A stretch of 45,521 nucleotides of DNA from Octopus bimaculoides (lineage: Eukaryota): contig NC_068991.1 in NCBI RefSeq assembly GCF_001194135.2, positions 16,774,618-16,820,138 of the forward strand, given 5' to 3'. Position 1 is the stretch's first letter. Each line of letters opens with the position of its first letter. The notes under the pieces are model-generated. The model searched no databases. It was not told the DNA's origin and saw only the letters and a list, made by a program, of their open reading frames with translations. This document shows, piece after piece, positions 23,235 to 34,597 of the stretch. Both the position numbers and the translations under genes were made by a program.

Positions 23235-23790
23235 GTAGCCAGCCCACTTATGCGTACCTTTCCTTCATTGGACACTAAACTCTGCTTGCGAAGACCTGTT
23301 GAGACAAGTGAAATCAAAATTGAACCAAATTCGATGACTGGCAGCCATGCTAATGGAGCACTAACAGCACCATCCCAGCATGATCATTGCCAGAGCAGCT
23401 GTCTGGCTTCCATGCCGGTGGCACGTAAAAAGCACCATTTGAGCGTGATCATTACTAGCGTTGCCTTACTGGCATTTGTGTCGGTGGCACGTGAAAAAAC
23501 ATTCAAGCGAGGTTGTTGCCAGTGCCACTGGACTGGCTCCTGTGCAGGTGGCATGTAAAAAACACCATTTAAGTGTGGCCGTTGCCAGTATCGCCAGACT
23601 GGCCCTCGTGCCGGTGGCACGTAAAAGCACCCACTACACTCTTGGAGTGGTTGGTGTTAGGAACCAGCTGTAGAAACTCTGCCAGATCAGATTGGAGCCT
23701 GGTGCAGCCATCTGGTTTGCCAGTCCTCAGTCAAATCGTCCAGCCCATGCTAGCATGGAAAGCAGATGTTAAACGATGATGATGATGATG
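23235..23790 (+). mobile_element. Long family D element with four ~65-bp internal units
   Basis: ggtggcaYgt.aaaa motif at 23414, 23480, 23544 and 23610, then the D body and (gat)n tail. Confidence 0.75.
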
Positions 23791-23941
23791 TGTATGCTGT
23801 ATATGCCATGTGTGTATACTGTGTTTGTCTATGTTTGTCCATGTCCACATCTGAGGTTAACTGCTATTATTATGTGTAGACATGTCTATGTACATATAAA
23901 TCATGGTGGTAACATAACCTCTCTCTCTCTTTCTCTCCTAG

Positions 23942-24065
23942 CTACTCCCATCTGCTGGTGCACCATCCTTATGCAGTGCTGACAATAATAACTGTATTTG
24001 GAACTGCAGCTTTACTGATCTCTTGTTTCTTCAGTAAAGGTTTTGACTTTGAGCAACCTCGAGCT
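23942..24065 (+). CDS. disp: Dispatched coding exon (TM1); upstream exon(s) not identified
   Basis: Acceptor ctctcctag (ends 23941), donor gtgagt (24066). Encodes YSHLLVHHPYAVLTIITVFGTAALLISCFFSKGFDFEQPRA, matching the Dispatched N-terminal TM1/'PDFSDP' region. Its phase-0 end matches the next exon. Confidence 0.85.
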
Positions 24066-24271
24066 GTGAGTACTTCCCTTAAGACATTCTGTGTGTGGTT
24101 AGATGTTGGAATGTTTGTAACTGTATGTCTGACTGTGTGTATAGTTACATGTTGGTGTGTGTATGTGTGTGTGTGTATGTGGTTAGATGTTGATACTTGT
24201 ATATGTGTGAGACTATATGTGAGTACATCTTAGTTTGTGTCTCTGTGTAGGAGAAACTCTGTATTTGTGTG

Positions 24272-24428
24272 TGGTCGGAGTGGTTGGCGTTAGGAAGGGC
24301 ATCCAGCTGTAGAAACTCTGCCAAATCAGATTGGAGCCTGATGTAGCCATCTGGTTTCACCAGTCCTCAGTCAAATCGTCCAACCCATGCTAGCATGGAA
24401 AGCAGACGTTAAATGACGATGAGGATGA
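24272..24428 (+). mobile_element. Family D 3' part in disp intron
   Basis: gagtggttggcgttaggaagggcatccagctgtag...gacgttaaatgacgatgag. Confidence 0.75.
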
Positions 24429-25359
24429 GTTGTGTGTGTAGCTGTTTGTGTGTGTGTGTGTTTGATTTCATGAATATGCATATATGTTTACCAGCATGTG
24501 CATAAGTGTGTGTGGTTAAATGTTGCTGTATTTTTGTGTGTGATTTTTTTTTCAATATTAGCATATAAGTGTAACTAAATCTTAGTATTCTGTGTGTGTG
24601 TGTGTGATTAAATGTTTGTGTGTGTGAGTGTGATATTAAATGATGGCATTTGAGTGTGTGTATGTGTGTATGCATATGCATATGTATGTCTCATCAATTG
24701 TTGGTGTGCATATGTGTGTTTGTATGTGTGTCTGTATGAGAATGTATGAGGCTAAATGTTTGAGTGTGTGTGTGTGTGTGTGTGTTTTCTTGACGTGAAA
24801 TTTATTGATGTGGTTGTTATTTAACCCCAGGCAAGCCCTCATTAAGCAGACATTCAATTCATAAACATTCCTCTCTTATAAGAATAGAAGAGTGTGTTTT
24901 GATATAGATTTGCTTGCTGTTTCTAAATTTGAGTGACCTCATAGTGGTAGATTTGTTACAGAGGTGTAAGTGAAACTTCTTGTTGGTGAGTAAAGCATAG
25001 TCAACATAGTTGATCCTCATATATTACTGGTACCCATTACTAATGATCCTCATATACTACTGGTACCCATTACTAATGAAGGAATCTCTACCTGTTCGAT
25101 TCACCTATAAGAAATAGCAGCCAAATTTCCCTCAACTGAGCTTTAGTGTCTTGTAATCTGCAGACTCCCAGCAAGACTCCCCTCATATAATCCCTCATCT
25201 TTTAAAAATATGAAAAGATGTATGGGACAATGTAGACCCTGATACATTATACTTGGAAATATGAAGGGATTGTCATGGATAGAATAATTTTGGTCAGAGA
25301 TCAAACCTTGTACACTGTATATTAATGGTACTTATTGCCAGCGAGGGAACCTTGCTTTA

Positions 25360-25545
25360 CCTGTTAGAAATAACAGCTAAATCTCACTCAAATTAATCCT
25401 TCTATCTTAAAAAACAGAAAGCTACATAGAATAATGTTGTCCTAGATAAACTATGCTTGAAAATTAGGTGGCCATGGCTGGAATGCTTTTGATCTTATGT
25501 CTTCTTGATCAGAGCCAGTCTTGGGTAAAACAACAGCAAGATTTT
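25360..25545 (+). repeat. Family I copy in disp intron
   Basis: gttagaaataacagctaaatctcactcaaat...atggctggaatgcttttgatc...gggtaaaacaacagc. Confidence 0.6.
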
Positions 25546-25655
25546 ATTATAAAACAATTCTTTTTAAATTATGAAATTTTTCTATTTTATTTACTTTTTT
25601 ATATTTACTTTTTTTTTTTTTTTAACTTGCATCACCTCCTACTTTGCTTGACCAG

Positions 25656-26157
25656 GGATTTGAAACTCGAGGGACAGAAATAAGCAACAGAGTCATTGCC
25701 TTCGGTAATCTGCAGACTGCTAGTGAGACTTCCCTGTCGCTGGCACCTTCTTTGGACAGGGACAAATTCAGATTCGGCGTGCAGAGCAAATCTTCGGGAA
25801 AGAAGAACAGCAAAGCCAAAAAGCATCGGAAGAATAATAAAAGCAAGAAGAAGAAGAAAAAGAAGAAGAAGAAGAAGAAGAAGAAGAAAAAGAAGAGAAA
25901 GAAGAAGAAATGGAACAGAAACAAGAAGAGGAAACGGAAGAGGAAGAAGAAGAAAAAGAACAGCATGAATAACAACAACAGCAGCAGCAGCAGCAATAAC
26001 AATAAGAAAAAGAAAAGGATAAGAATGAGAAAAAACAAAGGGAAAAGTGAAAAGGCAAGGATGAGAAAGCAGTATAGGAAAGAGCAGAAGAGAAGAAGAA
26101 ATAGAATACGTCAACAGCTTCAGAATGTTACGACTGGTTACTTCTGTGATGATCTTG
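25656..26157 (+). CDS. disp: Dispatched coding exon (start of ECD1, includes polybasic tract)
   Basis: Acceptor ttgaccag (25655), donor gtaagt (26158). Begins GFETRGTEISNRVIAFGNL and ends GYFCDDL+G, both conserved Dispatched motifs. 502 nt, no in-frame stop, phase 1 end matches the terminal exon. Confidence 0.85.
25845..26030 (+). repeat. Coding (AAG)n / (AAC)n / (AGC)n trinucleotide tracts
   Basis: Encodes K17-R-K4, then poly-N and poly-S, inside the disp exon. Confidence 0.9.
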
Positions 26158-26334
26158 GTAAGTTGCTGCACCTTTGTTGTGGGGGAGGACAAGGGTCACC
26201 TTCAGTTTCGACTTCAAGTTTAGGTGTAGTTTACTTGACCATTGCAATGTATTCCAAATATTGCATTGTATCTTCTTCGTACAATTTTTTTAGCAATGGA
26301 CCTAATTTGTCCTCTGGTTTAACCTTTTTAATAT

Positions 26335-26620
26335 GTGGTTAGGGCAGTGGACTCGCGGTCGGAGAATCGCCGTTTCGATTCCCAGACTGGGCGTTGTGAG
26401 TGTTTATTGAGCGAAAACACCTAAAGCTCCACGAGGCTCCGGCAGGGGGTGGTGGCGACCCCTGTTGTACTCTTTCGCCCCAACTTTCTCTCACTCTTTC
26501 TTCCTGTTTCTTGAGTAACGCTGCGATGGACTGGCGTCCCGTCAAATTGGGAGGAAACACATACACCATAGAAACCGGGAAACCGGGCCCATGAGTCTGG
26601 CTAGGCTTTGAAAGGGTGAC
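26335..26620 (+). mobile_element. Recombinant SINE: family A 5' half + family B 3' half
   Basis: A-type to ttcctgtttct (26511), then tgagtaacgctgcgatggactggcgtcccgtc as at 788-830. Confidence 0.8.
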
Positions 26621-26959
26621 GTTATATTAACCTTTTTAATACCAACCTGCCTGAAACCACCCTTGACTCTTTGAGACAAATTTCTTGTTTTAAAGTGATA
26701 AAATAAAAATCTTCCATCAAAATCTAATGCCAATTTATGTTCCATACTGATTACTAAATAGTTAGTTATGAGGCACATAAAACTGCAACACAACCTCTCT
26801 AACCAGCTCTGTCATCTCTATCACTTTTAGGACAAGAAAGAGAGATGACAGGGTTGGGTAGTCTGCGGGAACCAAGGCAGAAAAGGCAAGGACAATGCAT
26901 GTGAAGCAGGGGAATGAGTAACTGACGTGGGTGGAGAGCGTGATATGGTATATAGCACT

Positions 26960-27150
26960 TCCAGAACTCAGTTTCACCGAGAAACTCATATTGCTAGAAA
27001 TCCCAGTCTCCTTTGGCAATTCCTGTATCACGCTCAGAGCCCTAAGGTCAGCTTTCACTACTTTATCCCATGTCTTCTTAGGTTTCTCCCTTTCACAAGT
27101 ACCAGTCACATAAAGCAAGTGGCACTTTTTCATTACAGCTGTCCTCATCC
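26960..27150 (-). pseudogene. RTE LINE C-terminal fragment
   Basis: VMKKCHLLYVTGTCEREKPKKTWDKVVKADLRAL matches the RTE 'GRPRKTW' C-terminal region. Confidence 0.7.
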
Positions 27151-27164
27151 ATACACATCACCAG

Positions 27165-27490
27165 ATTTTTTTATGGCTCTTATGGCCAACCCTCATCTGT
27201 TACCAAGCAAGGTAATATTTCCTCATGACCAAGTATGTTTTCCTTGGAAGACTGGAAACAAACAACCATTGCTTGTATGATGGTGAAGCTTGTTTACAGC
27301 CATCATGTGATGACAAGACAAGGACACACACAGATATGATGGGCTTCTTTCAGTTTCTCTCTTTCAAAGCTTTGGTTGGCCTGGGGCTTTACTAGAAGAC
27401 ACTTGCCCAAGGTGCCATGCAGTGGGACTGAACATGAAACCACATTGTTGGGAAGCAAGTTTCTTAACCACACAGCTACACCTGTACCTA
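27165..27490 (-). mobile_element. Family C head + module F SINE
   Basis: Parallel to 8910-9325. Confidence 0.65.
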
Positions 27491-27607
27491 TAATTCAATT
27501 TTGAAAGTATGTCCTTGAACCATTTATTCTGTAAAGATGATTATTCTACTAAGAATTCAAATTATGTTTTTATTAAAACTTTTCTTTTTTCTGCTTTATT
27601 CTTCCAG

Positions 27608-30222
27608 ATGAAAAATATGCCCGTATAGTTTTTGAGACATGCAAAGGTTGCACCTTATTTTCCTTGGAGAATATCCAAGCAATGTGCCGATTGGAGGAAA
27701 GAGTTATCTATTCAACTCCTTTATTTAAATATCTTTCTATTGACGATTCCAGAGAGTGTCGAAGCTGGTCAATTGGTAACTACATAAGCCTATTGAGCAA
27801 CAAATCTTCCTGTGACACTTTGGAATCACAAGATGTAACACTTGTTTTGGACATACTGCAAGAATGTGCAGAGTTTTATCGTAATTATTCACTGAGTTCA
27901 TACTGTTACGACTGTGTTGATGTTCCTGATTTCTGTAAGCAACACGATGCTGTTTACCACATTCTTCATTACCTTACAGACATTGAGTTTACATCTATTA
28001 GTCCAGAATATCTACCGTCTTTGAAATATGCTGTTTCTTTTCTACCAATCATCCGTAATCCTGCTACCGATGTTTTCTTTGAGCACATTGAGAGACAAAA
28101 CCTTCACGAAGACAATGTAGAATTGATAGGAGCTAATTTTGGAATCAAAGAGATTCTATTTAGAAAATATCTTTGGTCTGATAGCGTTTGGCTTATCATA
28201 ACTGCTGTTAGCATTTTTCTGGCAATATGGTTCTATTCGTTGTCTCTTTTCATTACATTTATGACGTTCCTGGCAATATTCTGGTCACTTGTTTTTGCAT
28301 ACTTTTTCTACATATTTGTTCTTGGAATCGAGTTCTTTCCATACATGAATATGATCACTATCATGATAATGGTTGGAATCGGTGCTGATGATACATTCAT
28401 CTACTGCAGAATTTGGAATCGAACAAAAACTGAGAAGACTGTCAAAGATCTTGAAGAAATGGTTATCACTACTCTCAGACATGCCGTTATGTCAATGCTC
28501 GTATCAAGCTTAACGACTGCTGCTGCTTTCCTTGCCAATGCCATTAGTGATATTATTGCAATTCGTTGTTTTAGTATTTATGTTGGAATATCAGTGATGT
28601 GTAATTTCTTTTTCATGGTTACTTGGATGCCTGCAACTATTGTTCTCCATGAGAACCATTGCTCAAAAGTTCATTGTACAGGAATCATTACCAAAACGCA
28701 TTTCTTCTCATGCCAACGACTGACTAAAGGATGTAAATTTGTATCAAACATTTCTCAAAAATTTTTTAAAGAATTTCTACCAAATCAAATTGTCAAGCAT
28801 CCTTATATTTTGTTGCTTTTTTTTGGAATGGTTGGCATAGCCTCAGCTGTTATTGTATTCATCTACCCTGGAGTAAAATTACCAACCAAAGAAAAATTCC
28901 AGTACTTTTCTTCCAACCACCTCCTGGAAGTTTATGACATCAAACTGTGGAATCACTTTTGGTTTGAGAAAGCAGAAATAGATGCATTTCCTCTAATGCC
29001 CATCACTATTGTTTGGGGAATAATGCCCAAAGACAATGGTCATATCCTGAACCCTAATGACCATGGAACATTAGAATTTGACAACCAGTTCAGTTTAGAA
29101 TCAGCAGCTGCCCAAACCTGGTTGATGGATTTCTGTAGTAGAGTACGCCAGCAACCATTTTACCAGAATATTCCTGGTTATGCTATAACTAATTGCTTCT
29201 TTGAAAACTTCCGACATTACATGAGTACACCATGTATTGGTAAACATCGCAAACTACAAGGCTGTTGTAATATCACTGAATTCCCTTACAGTGCTGAACT
29301 CCTGAAGAGATGCTTAGAAGTCTACATCCCCATACTGATGGACACCCCTTATATTGGCCCCTATTATACCAGTTATCATCTTCCGGGACCAAGGTTTCAG
29401 GACAGACGCATGCGTGCATTTTTTGTGGAGTTCAGTAGCACTACTCCTTTTACATATGCTTATGAAAAGCTTTATGCCTTTTACAATGAAATCAATGAAT
29501 GGGTGCAGAATGAGATAAAAGCTGCTCCACCTGAACTCTCCCGGGGTTGGTTTGTCAGTTACCTACAATTCTTTGACCTACAAAGTAGCATCCTGCATGG
29601 CCTACCGATTGCTATGGCCCTGTCCCTAAGTGTAGCTGGAGCTGTGATATTTCTGACAACTCTGAATGTACTTCTGAGTATATTTGCCATGTTTTCAGTC
29701 ATTTTCACCATTCTCACGACTGTTGCCTTTCTCATTCTTCTTGGCTGGGAGCTGAACATTCTAGAGTCTGTAGTCATCACCGTAGCTATTGGTATGTCAA
29801 TTGACTTCACCCTTCATTACAGTGTAGCTTATCGACTGTCAGCTTACAGCGAGAGGAGCTCTCGTGTCATTTCATCCATCAGCTCCATTGGATCCGCCAT
29901 TGCTATGGCATCCTTCACAACCTTTCTTGCTGGTTTGCTTATGCTCCCGGCAACCGTTTTGGTCTTCAGACAGTTTGGAATCTTCCTCATGATCATCATC
30001 TCTAGCAGTTGGTTATATGCCACTTTCTTTTTCCAGCCATTATTATGTGTACTTGGACCAACTGGAGATTTCAGTCAATTTCATTGGCCCAAGTTTAGAT
30101 GCTGCTTAAAATCTTCTCCGGAATCAGAACCTTCATCTTTGAATGAGAAACAAGATGACAGAAACATTGAATTAAATGATCTGAAAGATAATGGTGATAA
30201 CACAGACAATCCGGAATTGTAA
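27608..30222 (+). CDS. disp: Dispatched terminal coding exon (rest of ECD1, sterol-sensing domain, ECD2, TM7-12, short C-tail)
   Basis: Acceptor after a long pyrimidine tract (cttccag, 27607). Reads (D)EKYARIVF...SWSIGNYISLL; RND motifs GIGADD (TM4) and GMSID (TM10) intact; about 870 aa open to TAA at 30220-30222. Confidence 0.95.
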
Positions 30223-30337
30223 TATATTTTGTAATATAGAAGAAAGAGGTGGGATTTTATGGGGTTAATCTGGTCCCTGTGTGTTCTGGGTTTAAAATTC
30301 TACCAAAGTTGAATTTCATTATCATTCTTCAAATGTA

Positions 30338-30343
30338 AATAAA
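30338..30343 (+). terminator. Candidate polyadenylation signal for disp
   Basis: First AATAAA, 116 nt after the stop. The region is AT-rich, so this may be chance. Confidence 0.3.
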
Positions 30344-30469
30344 TTAATACCAGTAATTTACTGAGGTCAGTTCAGTCAATCATACAATGTCTTCTTTTTA
30401 CAGAAGTTTATTTCTTATGTCCTACCAAAAAGAAATTCATACTTTGTTGCTGTTACTATTATTGTTGTT

Positions 30470-30670
30470 ATTGTTGTTTAACTTCAGACCAACCCTGATT
30501 AAGCAGACTAATGGAAAGTCTTTCCAGCCATGAACATCCTGTCTTTTATTCAGACATAATGTATCCAGTGTTTTCTTGTTTTCTTTTGTAAGATGATATG
30601 GTGTGACTTGATGGGTATTTGGTAGTTATTTCTAGCAGATCAAGCAACCACACAAAAGCTCTCTCATTGG
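30470..30670 (-). repeat. Family I copy (second partial copy follows at about 30680-30750)
   Basis: (gtt)n, accctgattaagcagac...ttccagccatga...gtgacttgatgggtatttggtagttatttctagcag. Confidence 0.55.
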
Positions 30671-30861
30671 CAACTTTGATGTTGTTTAGCCTTAGGTCAA
30701 CTCTGGTCAAATAGGTCTTAGATGAAAGGCATTCCAGCTATGACTATCTCATCTTTTGTTCAGATAGGGTGATTAAACAGACCTTTGATATAAGGTGTTT
30801 TAGCAATGTACAGGTTTCTTTTGCTTTAAATGTAGTGTATACAGAACTACATAATCCAATG

Positions 30862-30990
30862 CGACCGATAGAATAAGTACTCAGCTTACAAAGAATACGC
30901 CATGGGGTCAGTTTGTTCGACTAAAACCCTCCAAGGTGGTGCTCCAGCATGGCTACAGTCAAATGACTGAGACAAGTAAAAGAATAAAAG
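30862..30990 (+). mobile_element. Family C 3' end fragment
   Basis: cgatagaataagtact...ggtgctccagcatggctacagtcaaatgactgagacaagtaaaaga. Confidence 0.7.
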
Positions 30991-32774
30991 ACTATCAAAC
31001 GTTTGTTCAGTCTCTATATTTGAATAAAAGACGAGATGGTCATGGCCTCATAAAATTGTTGAGACTATCACAAAGTTTTTGTGAGAGGGGCTAAATTGCT
31101 TCAGTTTTTTAGATTTAGTGCTTTTTTTCCAATGTGGTTTAACTTGAGGTCAATTGGTCATCACTCGTAGATATTCAACTCCCACTTTGTTGGTCAGTTG
31201 ATTGTTTAGCGACAAGAAATACAAGCAAATGACAGAGCGTAGAGAGAGGTATTGTTAGATAGAGAGAGGAAGGCAAAGAGAAGATGCTATATGCATTTGT
31301 GAAGCTGCATGCCTTTTGAAAGTATTCAAAGGGATGAGAAAATATGTCAGTTTGGAAATGTTTTCTATAATCCAACCAATGCAATATCTTTTTTGCATTT
31401 GAATGTTCCTTTGGTCTTCTCTCAAACAAATTAACGATTTTAATTTTCAATGATTCTGACATATATATCATTTAATGTACACTGTATTAGAATAAGTGCT
31501 ACTAATAATTTCTTGCCATTGAGACATGCGGTCAGGCAGATTTTTATAATATGCCTTGTGTCTCCAAGCAATCCTCAAGCTCTGGGCACGTTTTTTTACT
31601 ATTTCTTGTGTTTTCTCATGCACCAGAATGAGAAGAAAAAAAAAAACAGAAGTTTGATGCAAAAATTAGATTAAGAAGATAAAGTAAATAAAAATGGAAA
31701 AAGAAAAGAAAGAGATTTGAAGTTACATTCCCTTTAGCCGTAGAAATCATTATTAAACTAGCTGGTGTTGAATAATTCATTGGAGAGGAGTCCAAAGTCT
31801 GTGAGACAGCTGCTCAATCCAGGGAGAGTGGTGTCTTCCAGTTTGCCAAAAGAAATTTGTCCATATGCTTGCATTTGCTGAAAATTTCAGATCTGGAATT
31901 TAAGTAGTGTGGTGGAATTCTTAAATCTAAAAAAAATGTGCGTTCTCTGTTTCCTTCATTTTTTTCATTTTTATTTACCTTTTGTTTTCTCATTACACTT
32001 TTTGCATCAACATTCTCATTTTTTCTCATGGTTTCCCATGTATCAGCATCCTGATTTTCAAATAGAACAAACTATATACCCAGATTGGTCCCAGTACTTA
32101 TATAGATATTTGTAACATATTGTTTAGTCTCTGCCTACTGCCCTCCCCACTCTCTCTCTTTCAAACACACACCATACACAAAAATACACAAAATATATTT
32201 GAGAAATAAATTAAAAATAAGACAAAGAAAATATATCTAAGTTTAAAAAGTTTTATTTGTAGTATAATTTCAAGTTTCTTCTACTGATGTAATTTTTTTA
32301 AAGCTAAAGTGGTCAAATCATAAAAAAAGAATCAATTAATATTATAATTGTTATAACAATCAAATGTTGTCACTCAGCCTCAGGAACATGTCTTAACAAT
32401 GTTTACCAGTTCTTCTAATAAATAATCGATTAATCATCATATAAACTTCAAAACCTTTGATAACAGATTTAATTTTCATTACAACCATGGCCAATATTTT
32501 TCCCTTTTGTTTATTGATTAAAATTTTTCTTCCATAATTATTAAAAAAACTTTTTTATTGCAAATTAAAAAAAAAGGTTAATAATGGTTTTTAACATAAA
32601 TATAAGGCCACAACTTTTGTGGGATGGGCAAGGTCAATTGAATTGACCTCTGGCATTGGACTGGTACATATTTTATCAACCCGTTTTCCAAAAGGACATA
32701 AGGTGGATTTCAAACACAGAACATAAAAGAATGTATCTAAAAAAAAAACATGAGGGATGAGGCACGTTTTGTCT

Positions 32775-33105
32775 GCACCTAAATCAGTGGTTAGAGCATC
32801 AGGCACGCAATCATGAGATTGTGAGTTTGATTCCTGGACCAGGATGTGTGTTGTGTTCTTGAGCAAGACACTTTATTTCACATTGCTCCAGTCCATTGTA
32901 GAAATGAGTTGCAATGTCACTGGTACCAAGCTGTATCAGCTTTTGCTTTTCCTTGGACAACATTGGTGGCATGGAAAGGAGAAACTGCTATGCATGGGTG
33001 ACTACTGGTTTTCCACAAACAACCTCGCCTGGACTTGTGCCTTGGAGGGGAACTTTCTAGGTGTAATCCCATGGTCATTCGTGATTGTAGAGGTTTCTCT
33101 ACCCT
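32775..33105 (+). mobile_element. Family B head + module G SINE
   Basis: tcagtggttagagcatcag...tttgattcctggacc...ttgtgttcttgagcaagacact; 3' module shared with 8597-8770. Confidence 0.65.
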
Positions 33106-33501
33106 TGTTTTATGTCCAGTTATTCATTCATTGCTCTTGCATTAACGAAATAATTGCATTTAACATATGTATTATCTGTGTGTGTTAAAATTCTTAGTCG
33201 CTTCATTATTTTTAGGTTTTACTTCTTTTTCTTTTATGTTTTACTTGCTTTAATCAATGGACTGCAGCCATATTGGAGCACTGCATTCATTAAAAAAAAA
33301 ACAACAGTTGAAAACAGGTTAAAACAGAATTAGAAAAGAAAAAATTGAAAGCTTCTTTTGTTATTAGTGATTTTTTTTCTATTGTTTTTGTTGTCAATAT
33401 CCCAAAACTGTGAAGTTGTTTTCACTTGAGAGTAACAGATGGATGTGTTGTTTAGCCCTATTTTATACATGAGACTATTGTATTTGGCCCATGTTTATGT
33501 A

Positions 33502-33563
<62 letters not shown>

Positions 33564-33734
33564 TACATGTGCACACACACACACATACATGTGCACACAC
33601 ACACACACACACATGCATGCACAGGAATGCAAACACACAGGGGTTGTGTGAGGTTTTTGAGGAATCTTAAGTATCACCAATTAAAAGGTTTTTATTTCTT
33701 TTAGATATTCTCTGGCAGATAAAAAGTTAAAACA

Positions 33735-33815
33735 AGAAATGAAAAGACACAGAGTCATTCTTGCCATATGTGCAGAACACGGTGATTTAGAAATTGCCAA
33801 CCTCAAAGTGTTAAA
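33735..33815 (+). pseudogene. Short Tc1-like transposase N-terminal remnant
   Basis: QEMKRHRVILAICAEHGDLEIANLKV resembles the N-terminus of an invertebrate Tc1-like family (from recall only). Confidence 0.35.
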
Positions 33816-34555
33816 GCAATGATGATGATGAGGACAATAATGATGATGATGATGGTGTACTTATGCACATTATACAGGCCTCATTTGAGCTGGTAGAATT
33901 GGTATAGCAACTGAAAAAAAAAAATGGTTTTGTGGTTATTTCATCTAATTCTTTATGTTCTGAGTTCAAATCTTGCAGAAGTCAACCTTGGCTTTTATCC
34001 CTACATGGTCGATAAATTAAATACCAGTCAATTGCCAGGGTCAATAGTAACACCCTCCCCACATAACTACCAGCTTTCTGTCTAAATTTTTAATGTACCT
34101 TTTAATCCTTTAAATGAAATCTTTAAATTCTAAGAAATATTATGTAAGTCTACAGGTCAACTAGCAAGGAGATTAACCACTATGGACATATATATAAATG
34201 ATCTCACTTAACTACCTCAGTGGTTTAAGATTTAGAAAACAAATGGGAAAAATCTTTTTCTGCAATGCTCAAAGCACCAACAGAAGTTAAGGCAACTTCC
34301 TTTGTAATGTAAAACATCTGTTTGTTGAGAAATTCAGACTGTGTCAATCAACTGACCTCTGGTAATAAATATTCAGCCGCTTTGATTACCTTGGAAACTA
34401 TCAGTAACATAGATCAATAGGTTTCTGTAATTGTATAAAATATATAAATTAATTCCATATTCATTATATTGAGTACTTCTCCCAGTGATATATGGAATTT
34501 ACTTGATCCCTCTCCCTCTCTCTCTGTATATATATTATATATATATATATATATG

Positions 34556-34597
<42 letters not shown>

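Noticed and set aside
23154-23779. Overlapping 68-134 aa ORFs
   Set aside because: They lie within the family D repeat and have no protein motif.
25622-26192. Long minus-strand poly-Phe/Leu/Ser ORFs
   Set aside because: Antisense shadows of the (AAG)n tract in the disp exon.
30208-30222. C-terminal NPEL as a KDEL-like ER retention signal
   Set aside because: The Dispatched C-terminus is cytosolic, so a luminal retrieval motif does not apply.
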